From: Candidatus Falkowbacteria bacterium
GTDB lineage: Bacteria > Patescibacteriota > Patescibacteriia > Patescibacteriales > UBA12075
Assembly: GCA_030600505.1 (NCBI GenBank)
Contig: JAUVLY010000001.1
Coordinates: 1-35,687 of the forward strand
Reading direction: 5' to 3'
DNA length: 35,687 nt
Below, one piece after another: positions 1-5,992 of the stretch (positions within the stretch are counted from its first letter, which is position 1; each line of letters starts with the position of its first letter). Position numbers and translations under genes: made by a program. The notes beneath the pieces were generated by a model, which was given only the letters and a program-made list of their open reading frames with translations, made no database searches and was not told the DNA's origin.

Positions 1-72
1 CTTTATTAGAGTAGATAAAACAAGTCATAAAGACTTTTTAATTATATAATCTAATTATAATGACTAGGTTAT

Positions 73-564
73 TTAGACCTCTGTTGCTAAGACAGTTACA
101 ATAGGGCTCTGTGGATCAGTGGCAGTTGTCGAAGAAGGCATTTTTAACCTTAACTTAAAGGGTTGCGTACCACCAGTTGAGACGCTTGCATCTAATGTAT
201 TATATGCCGTGTCGTCCATGGCAGTGTAAGCTGCATAGGTAGGGTCGTCTGTTGCAAACTCATGCATAAATGTTTCTGCACCTACTGCTGAATTAGAAAT
301 AGCCCAATTAGTAGAATTACTACTCATAATTTCAAATTTTTCTGTAACATTGCCGTTATTTGTTGCAGTGATTACTACTGACGGACCACTTGTGTCATTG
401 ATATCTAGTACTCCATAATCCACGCTACCTACGTCAACACTTACTGCGATGGCTTGAGGAGTAACTGTACAACTAACAGTATCTGTTGTGTCTGCCTGCA
501 CGGCCAGACCAATGGCCAGACCAATTACTGCTAAAATCGCGATTGATGTAATTAATGATCTCAT
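73..564 (-). CDS. secreted beta-rich surface protein, function unknown
   Basis: 163-aa ORF. N-terminal hydrophobic signal (SIAILAVIGLAIGLAVQA then DTT). Mature part is Thr/Ser/Asn/Val-rich with no Cys pairs or catalytic motifs. Composition resembles the 17163..18203 product. Confidence 0.6.
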   Translation of the reverse strand: MRSLITSIAILAVIGLAIGLAVQADTTDTVSCTVTPQAIAVSVDVGSVDYGVLDINDTSGPSVVITATNNGNVTEKFEIMSSNSTNWAISNSAVGAETFMHEFATDDPTYAAYTAMDDTAYNTLDASVSTGGTQPFKLRLKMPSSTTATDPQSPIVTVLATEV

Positions 565-773
565 AATTTTTTTTTATTACTTTTTAATTAATATATTTAT
601 TTTACGCCTTAGAGCGACCTTTGTTTTTTTCTAAGACATTATTAATAATTTTTTAACTAGTTTGATTATTTCTTAAAAACAAAAAGCAGAGCCCCTCCAG
701 AACTGTCTATGGTTTTAGGTTCTCTGTTTTTAATTCTAAAAGATATTTATTTAATTATACACTCATAAAAAAT

Positions 774-802
774 ATTTTAACTTATACTTAAGGTTTTGTC
801 AA
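774..802 (-). promoter_or_regulatory. putative sigma70-type promoter for the 73..564 gene
   Basis: Minus strand reads TTGACA (797-802), a 17-nt spacer, then TAAAAT (774-779). This implies a roughly 200-nt leader before the ATG at 564. Confidence 0.4.
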
Positions 803-848
803 AAAAGTTTTGTTTTGGCTCCCGGGGCAGGTTTACAGAATCATGCAC

Positions 849-876
849 CACAAAACGCCCCTGTTGGGGCGTTTGT
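849..876 (-). terminator. hairpin terminator downstream of the methyltransferase gene
   Basis: Stem AAACGCCCC (853-861) pairs with GGGGCGTTT (866-874) around a 4-nt loop. On the minus strand it is followed by UUUUGUGG. It lies about 70 nt after the stop of 945..1673. Confidence 0.5.
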
Positions 877-944
877 GTCGCTTGCTCGCGTACTCGGACA
901 GCTTCCGAACTTTTTTGACTGAAATTAGATAATTTGTTTTTTTC

Positions 945-1673
945 TTAGTCAAGTGAGCAATTAAAGATTAAATATATCGGAAAATTATTGTATCTTTCTA
1001 GAAATTTGTTTGTATTCTCATTTCTGGGCTTAGTAGGTTTGCATTCATCCATATTATCAACCCTGAGGCCTGAACTGACAATTAGATTAAAATAATCGCT
1101 AATTTTTCTATGATAATCTTCAAATAGAAAATTGCTATTATCAAATTTTTGTGAAACCCTGAATTTTACTTCTGATTTAAAATAACCCTGAAAATTTACT
1201 TTTACATCATTTCTTGTAAATAAAAATTTTTGCATATAATGATTAAAGCCTGGGTGTCCAACGCTAATAACAAGACGGCCATCCTTTTTCATTAAGCTCC
1301 TCATTTTCTTTAAAGTTTTTTTTATTTCTGCTTTTTCCCGAATAGCCGGCAAAACCATGCTTAGAATAATGAAATCGAATTTATAGTTGGTTTTGTTTTT
1401 GAAACTAGACGTATTGGCTACGAAAAAATTTGCCTCAGGGTATGTTTCCTTGGCCGAAGTAATCATATCTTCTGATACGTCAAAACCATAATAATTATAG
1501 CCCAGTTTTTTCGCAATTGAAAAAATATCTCCTCGACCACAACCTGCGTCAAGGAGTCTTATTTTGTTACCTTTCTTCTCTTTTATCGCCCTTTTTATTC
1601 CCGGGAACAAAATGTATTGATTTACTTTTCTTGGTTTGTAATTTTTTGCTGATTTGCCGTAGTATTCTTGCAT
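945..1673 (-). CDS. class I SAM-dependent methyltransferase
   Basis: 242-aa ORF with motif I RLLDAGCGRGD and an acidic post-I residue (YYGFDVSEDM). Divergent from the radical-SAM operon. Confidence 0.8.
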   Translation of the reverse strand: MQEYYGKSAKNYKPRKVNQYILFPGIKRAIKEKKGNKIRLLDAGCGRGDIFSIAKKLGYNYYGFDVSEDMITSAKETYPEANFFVANTSSFKNKTNYKFDFIILSMVLPAIREKAEIKKTLKKMRSLMKKDGRLVISVGHPGFNHYMQKFLFTRNDVKVNFQGYFKSEVKFRVSQKFDNSNFLFEDYHRKISDYFNLIVSSGLRVDNMDECKPTKPRNENTNKFLERYNNFPIYLIFNCSLD

Positions 1674-1751
1674 TTGTGGCTAGTTAACATATATGCTTAT
1701 TATATGTAATAATTTAAAAAACATCAATTTTTTTACACAATTTTTTTACGC

Positions 1752-1780
1752 TTGCTATTTTAATTATTTTGTGTTATAGT
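1752..1780 (+). promoter_or_regulatory. putative promoter of the radical-SAM/WD40/glutaredoxin operon
   Basis: TTGCTA (1752-1757), 17-nt spacer, TATAGT (1775-1780) preceded by TGT (extended -10). The RBS-like AGAGAGGA lies just before the ATG at 1825. Confidence 0.45.
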
Positions 1781-1824
1781 ATTTTATTGCACATTAACAT
1801 TTTAAACATAAAGAGAGGATAATC

Positions 1825-2823
1825 ATGAAATATATTGATTCTGATAAACTGGCAAAGGGATTAAGAAAAAGGCTTGTTAATTTAAACGATAAAAAAGTTT
1901 TAATTGCACAACTTCTGGAAACAGAAGAAGAAAAAGATAGTTATACAAAAGTAAATTGCCATGGCTTCGGACGCATAAGAAGTTTTTCTAATTATTCCTT
2001 ACACCTTAGAAATTCGCAAAAGAATAAAAACGAACAAATTAAACCATTGTTAAGAGGGTGCGACAATAGCAAGGTATTGCTCGCGCAGGCTTTTCAGATC
2101 GCAGGTTGTAATTGGAATTGTTGGTATTGTTTTGTTGATATGTCTCGGAGAATAGCTCAAATTAAAAATGGGGAGTATTTTTCCGCGAGTGAGCTCGTTG
2201 GCATGTTTTTGGCTGTAGAAGACATTAATATTCTTGATTTAACCGGTGGACAACCAGACCTTGTTCCTGAATGGATTCTTTGGGTTATGGAAGAGCTTGA
2301 TAAGAGAAATTTAAGGAATAAAATATTTCTCTGGGTCGATGACAACTTAAGTACTGATTATTTTTGGAAATACTTAAATGACGGACAGATAGAATATATA
2401 ACAAAATTTCCAAAGCATTCAAGGGCTGGTTGTTTTAAGGGTTATGACGAAAGCTCCTTCTCCTTTAATACCGGAGTAAGTTCAAGATTGTTTCAAAGAC
2501 AATTTGATTTATTCAAGCGTTTTATTAAAGAAGGCATGGACATGTACGCGTATGTCACGTTCACAAACAAAGAAGATATCCATCTGGATAGGAATATAAA
2601 ACTTTTTATGGACAGACTACAACGCCTACACCATAACCTTCCCCTAAGGACAATCCCTTTAAAAATCGTTTCTTTCTCGGCAGTTCGTTCATCAAATCAA
2701 GAAAATTTTAGCCATGCTTTAACTTTTCAATTTGAAGTTTACAGCGCTTGGCAAAATGAGCTGTACAATAGGTTTGACTCAAGAGAAATAGACCTGCCAT
2801 ACGAAAAAATATCATTAGCTTAA
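1825..2823 (+). CDS. radical SAM enzyme (activase/QueE-like core, unassigned subfamily)
   Basis: 332-aa ORF. CX3CX2C cluster motif AGCNWNCWYCF. GGE-like SAM motif LTGGQPDL. About 95-aa N-terminal extension. No C-terminal Cys cluster, so no SPASM/twitch domain. Confidence 0.8.
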   Translation: MKYIDSDKLAKGLRKRLVNLNDKKVLIAQLLETEEEKDSYTKVNCHGFGRIRSFSNYSLHLRNSQKNKNEQIKPLLRGCDNSKVLLAQAFQIAGCNWNCWYCFVDMSRRIAQIKNGEYFSASELVGMFLAVEDINILDLTGGQPDLVPEWILWVMEELDKRNLRNKIFLWVDDNLSTDYFWKYLNDGQIEYITKFPKHSRAGCFKGYDESSFSFNTGVSSRLFQRQFDLFKRFIKEGMDMYAYVTFTNKEDIHLDRNIKLFMDRLQRLHHNLPLRTIPLKIVSFSAVRSSNQENFSHALTFQFEVYSAWQNELYNRFDSREIDLPYEKISLA

Positions 2824-2832
2824 TAGGAGGTC

Positions 2833-4617
2833 ATGATGAATAAATATTATTCCCTCACACAGACATTGCAATGCGGCCATGCTTCATCTCAAAAAATTGC
2901 TATTTCAAGTGATGGTGTCTTTCTTGTTTCGGGACTATGGAGCGGCATAATTGACATTTGGCAATTATCTTCAAATGCAATACTTTACCGATATAACGAA
3001 CATTCCGAAGCAATTACTGATTTAGCAGTAACGCATGATAAAAAGGTAATTTCAGCTTCTTACGATGGTGATATTTGTATCTGGGATATAGACATGGGAG
3101 AAAGGATTTATAAAACCAAAAAATTCGGAGTAATCAAAAAAATAATTATATCCGATGACGGCGAATATGTCGGCCTTGTTAACTCAAGTAACAGGATAAG
3201 GTTTTTAAACCTTAATGATTTTAGAGATGATTTTTCAATATCAACCAAGACAAGAGAGATTACAAGTATAATTTCTCACAAAAATGGAAAATACTATATC
3301 ATTGGTTCGTTTACGGGCGAAATAGAGATTTGGGATAATCAAAATTTCAGAAGTATTTGTATGTTTAGGGCTCATAATGAACCGATTACAGGTTTAACAA
3401 CAGACATACAAGGTACAATATACTCAGCATTTTGGGACTGTACGGTAAAAGCATGGGATATTAATTGGCTTCAAAAAGTCAAGCAGAAAGGTGTTTTTAA
3501 AGGACACTCAAGTTGGATTTTAGACATTGACGTTGCAGCTGACAACACGCTGATTACATGCTCAACAGATAGGACGATCAGAACATGGGACATTGCGAAA
3601 TATTCGGAAAAAGAAGTGCTATTCGGCCATGCCGCCCCCGTTATATCCATATCCATATTTTTACCAGAACAAACTATCATATCAAGTTCAGCTGACCATA
3701 CCATAAAAATCTGGGAGAGAGAAAGAAATTGCAAGGAAGATCAATTCCACAAAAATTCAGTCTGGGGAGTAAAATTCGATTCAAAAAGCAAAACGGTTAT
3801 TTCTTCATCGGCAGACAGATCTATTGGTCTTTATTGGCTAGACAGCAAAAAATGCAAACAACTAAACGGTCATCGAAGTTGGGTAAATAATTCTTCTATT
3901 TCCCATAAAGGAGATTTTGCGATATCAGCCTCGGCTGATAATCAGCTAATGATTTGGGATATCGAATCAGGATGCCGCACGAATACCCTGCTGGGACATT
4001 CAAGGTGGGTAAACGATGTTGTGATTTCCCAAAATGATATGATCGCAATTTCTGGATCGGCTGACAGGACTGTACGAGGATGGGATTTGAAAAGTAAGGT
4101 CGAAAAATTTTTATTAATTGGACACAAATGTCAAGTAACTTCAGTTGACTTAACGAGTGATAATTCTCTGGCTATTTCTGCTTCCGCTGACCATACCATA
4201 AAAATTTGGAGACTTTCTGATCAGAAAAATATCAAAACTTTAACTGGCCACAATGGGGCCGTAACTTCAATTTCTCTGGCGCATGAGAGTAATATTATTA
4301 TCTCCGGCTCCTTGGACGGATCACTTAGATTATGGGATTTTAAAAACCATAATGAATCCGAAATTCTTCAAAACGACGTTCAGAGAATTTGGTATGTTTC
4401 AATAACACCAAATGCCGAAAGGGCTGTATCTATTTCCGGAATGTTTATATATTTATGGGATGTCAAAAATAAAACCTTAATATACAAACATGCCAACAAG
4501 TGCATTTTTACAGCCTGCGCCATTTCGCCCGACGGGAGACTGTTTATCGGCGCCGATTTATTTGGCAAACTTCACTTATTTGGTGTTAAAAAGGAGAAAA
4601 AAATTGGCACAATATGA
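2833..4617 (+). CDS. WD40-repeat protein, about 14 repeats (two 7-bladed propellers predicted)
   Basis: 594-aa ORF. I count 14 repeat ends of type IxIW[DEQR] (IWQL, IWDI, IWDN, AWDI, TWDI, IWER, IWDI, GWDL, IWRL, LWDF, LWDV and others), several preceded by GH. AGGAGG lies at 2825-2830, so the second ATG at 2836 may be the real start. Confidence 0.85.
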   Translation: MMNKYYSLTQTLQCGHASSQKIAISSDGVFLVSGLWSGIIDIWQLSSNAILYRYNEHSEAITDLAVTHDKKVISASYDGDICIWDIDMGERIYKTKKFGVIKKIIISDDGEYVGLVNSSNRIRFLNLNDFRDDFSISTKTREITSIISHKNGKYYIIGSFTGEIEIWDNQNFRSICMFRAHNEPITGLTTDIQGTIYSAFWDCTVKAWDINWLQKVKQKGVFKGHSSWILDIDVAADNTLITCSTDRTIRTWDIAKYSEKEVLFGHAAPVISISIFLPEQTIISSSADHTIKIWERERNCKEDQFHKNSVWGVKFDSKSKTVISSSADRSIGLYWLDSKKCKQLNGHRSWVNNSSISHKGDFAISASADNQLMIWDIESGCRTNTLLGHSRWVNDVVISQNDMIAISGSADRTVRGWDLKSKVEKFLLIGHKCQVTSVDLTSDNSLAISASADHTIKIWRLSDQKNIKTLTGHNGAVTSISLAHESNIIISGSLDGSLRLWDFKNHNESEILQNDVQRIWYVSITPNAERAVSISGMFIYLWDVKNKTLIYKHANKCIFTACAISPDGRLFIGADLFGKLHLFGVKKEKKIGTI

Positions 4618-4915
4618 TGAAAAAAAAATTAAACAATATATTCAAAAAAGAAGAGTCACTCTCTTTATGAACGGCGAGGAAACAAGCCCAAAATGCTGGT
4701 TTTCGCTTTGCGCAATTGAGATATTAAAAATGTGCAATACTGAATTCCACGCAATTAATATTTTAGAAAGACCTGCGATGTGCGACTTCGTAAAAAAATA
4801 TTCAAGCTGGCCGATGTTTCCTCAACTATTCATTGACGGTGAATTTATTGGAGGAAGCCACATAATGATTGAAATGTATCAATCTGGCAATCTGCAAAAA
4901 ATAATCCACAATTAA
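4604..4915 (+). CDS. monothiol glutaredoxin (Grx4/GrxD-like) with CWFS active site
   Basis: VTLFMNGEETSPKCWFS...WPMFPQLFIDGEFIGGSHI matches the monothiol Grx pattern (canonical CGFS). TTG start at 4604 is preceded by AAGGAG (4591-4596). It overlaps the WD40 stop by 14 nt. The first in-frame ATG (4667) would delete the conserved beta-1 strand. Confidence 0.75.
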   Translation: MAQYDEKKIKQYIQKRRVTLFMNGEETSPKCWFSLCAIEILKMCNTEFHAINILERPAMCDFVKKYSSWPMFPQLFIDGEFIGGSHIMIEMYQSGNLQKIIHN

Positions 4916-4940
4916 AACCTCTTGCAAATTAGAGGTCAAA

Positions 4941-4974
4941 AAGGCATTCGAGTAATACTACGAATGCCTTTTAA
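4941..4974 (+). terminator. operon-end hairpin
   Basis: AAGGCATTCG (4941-4950) pairs with CGAATGCCTT (4961-4970), then TTTT. A smaller hairpin ACCTCT/AGAGGT (4916-4938) precedes it. Confidence 0.55.
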
Positions 4975-5091
4975 AATAAATAAAACTTTATTCAAATCAC
5001 ATGCCAAGAAAAATTGACAAGAGAAAAAATAATGGTGGAGCTAGGTGGGGTGTCGGAAGGCCTTTCGGCCCAAATCTACAACCCGCAGAAA

Positions 5092-5126
5092 CAAATAAAA
5101 AACACTGGCAAAAGCCAGTATTTTTT
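5092..5126. terminator. bidirectional hairpin terminator (ends the minus-strand tRNA transcript)
   Basis: ACTGGC (5104-5109) pairs with GCCAGT (5114-5119). T-run 5121-5126 on the + strand. On the minus strand it is followed by GUUUUUUAUUU. Confidence 0.6.
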
Positions 5127-5253
5127 ATTTGCTCCCGGGGTCGGATTCGAACCGACGACCAATTGGTTACACTTTACCCCCTGGTTTCCCAGAGGAGTGG
5201 ACTATATCATCATCCTTTGATTAAAATAAGGATGCGAGGCGCTTCCCCCTACC

Positions 5254-5290
5254 TCACCCCAGCCCTCTCCTTCTAAAGGAGAGGGGGTGA
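5254..5290. repeat. GC-rich nested palindrome (REP-like) inside the intron periphery
   Basis: CCCTCTCCTT (5263-5272) pairs with AAGGAGAGGG (5276-5285). Outer pair TCACC (5254-5258) with GGTGA (5286-5290). Same word family as 18211-18280. Confidence 0.6.
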
Positions 5291-5429
5291 AATAAGAGTA
5301 CTCTCTTTCGAGATAGTCTCTGAACCTGCCCCGATTGCTCGGGGATTGGCTGCTGATTACCTTGTCCATTAAAGACGATAAGAGATTTAGGCTTCCAGAC
5401 AGTTCACCTCGTTATTCGACCATGATTGC

Positions 5430-5738
5430 TCATGGAAGCTGCGTTAACCGTTCGTGCACTTCTCGATGGCAATTGGCGCATAATAATTCACATTTATCTA
5501 ACTCTTTTTTAACTTCTTTCCAGCTTCTGGTATATCCTTTAGCTGATATTCCGAAGTCTTTATTATTTTCATCAGTATGATGAAAATCAAGAGCTTGGAT
5601 GCATTTATTATACCCACAAATTGTACATTGAGCGCCTTTGTATTCAATTGCCATTCGGCGGATTTTTTTCCGCCGTTTTGTAACAGCCATTTTTAAATAC
5701 TCAGCACGATCGGCATAAGTACGATTATCCTTTGCCAT
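5430..5738 (-). CDS. HNH homing endonuclease (intron-encoded)
   Basis: 102-aa ORF with a Cys-pair zinc knuckle and HNH core: CTICGY...LDFHHTDENNKDFGIS...LLCANCHREVH. Lies entirely inside the intron. Confidence 0.85.
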   Translation of the reverse strand: MAKDNRTYADRAEYLKMAVTKRRKKIRRMAIEYKGAQCTICGYNKCIQALDFHHTDENNKDFGISAKGYTRSWKEVKKELDKCELLCANCHREVHERLTQLP

Positions 5739-5863
5739 ATTTTTTATAAGGAAAGGCGATTAGTGTACACAGCCAACTGCGCTACCGCTGCGCTACCCGG
5801 GAATAATTGATTGTTAATTTATGTTTATTTTAAACATAAAACCTGCCCTTTGGCAGCGCTTAT

Positions 5864-5892
5864 ATAATACATAATTATTTTAAAATAGTCAA
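5864..5892 (-). promoter_or_regulatory. putative promoter of the tRNA-Asn gene
   Basis: Minus strand reads TTGACT (5887-5892), 17-nt spacer, TATTAT (5864-5869), about 60 nt upstream of tRNA position 1. Confidence 0.4.
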
Positions 5893-5992
5893 CAATTTAA
5901 TTCAAAATTTTTTATACATTTTATTAATATAGTGATATAATATAAATTATTAAATTTATAATTACAAAAATTAAGATAATAAAAAATTCTTT

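Larger units (their letters stand above)
5170..5768 (-). mobile_element. group I intron (599 nt) carrying an HNH endonuclease ORF in the P1 loop
   Basis: The 5' exon ends in U and the intron ends in G (5170). IGS GCAGCU (5437-5442) pairs with exon GGCUGU, with G.U at the splice site. GGUUA (5445-5449) pairs with 3' exon UAACC (P10). P2 is CCAUGA-GCAA-UCAUGG (5420-5435). Q-like AAUCAGCAGCC is at 5348-5358. P6 is CCCCGA-GCAA-UCGGGG (5329-5344). R-like GGUUCAGAGACUA is at 5314-5326. S-like AUGAUAUAGUCC is at 5199-5210. P9 is CCUCUGG-GAAA-CCAGGGG (5178-5195). Confidence 0.8.
5132..5802 (-). tRNA. tRNA-Asn(GUU) interrupted by a group I intron in the anticodon loop
   Basis: Exon 1 is 5769..5802 and exon 2 is 5132..5169 (minus strand). 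Acceptor UCCCGGG/CCCGGGA (U1-A72). D arm GCGC-AGCGGUA-GCGC. Anticodon stem GUUGG/CCAAU. T arm GUCGG-UUCGAAU-CCGAC. Discriminator G73. Spliced loop CUGUUAA. CCA is not encoded. Confidence 0.85.

Noticed and set aside
805-910. A GC-rich island (GGCTCCCGGGGCAGGTTTACAGAATCATGCACC...CGGACAGCTTCCGAAC) considered as a tRNA, an SRP RNA or a second group I intron fragment. It shares CGGGGCAGGTT with the intron.
   Set aside because: No cloverleaf and no T-loop GTTCGAATC are present. There is no SRP helix-8 GGAA/AGCA motif with a closing stem. The 11-nt match to the intron is within chance expectation for this window size. Only the terminator hairpin at 853-874 is supportable.
2157-4568. Minus-strand ORFs 2157..2345, 3471..3734, 3942..4127 and 4380..4568, lying inside the radical-SAM and WD40 genes.
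   Set aside because: They lie antisense within long, motif-bearing + strand genes. They have no RBS or promoter signals and no recognisable motifs, as expected for shadow ORFs in AT-rich DNA.
5001-5580. Plus-strand ORFs 5001..5276, 5014..5220 and 5335..5580.
   Set aside because: They run antisense across the tRNA-Asn 3' exon and the group I intron core. Their apparent coding potential comes from the GC-rich structured RNA. No RBS is present.
5132-5802. Alternative reading of the split tRNA as tRNA-Thr(UGU), with the splice after U33.
   Set aside because: A U before the splice site and a G at the intron end are also satisfied at that position. However, the GCAGCU guide pairs only with exon ...GGCUGU, the P10 strand GGUUA pairs with UAACC, and U1-A72 plus G73 fit Asn rather than Thr identity.
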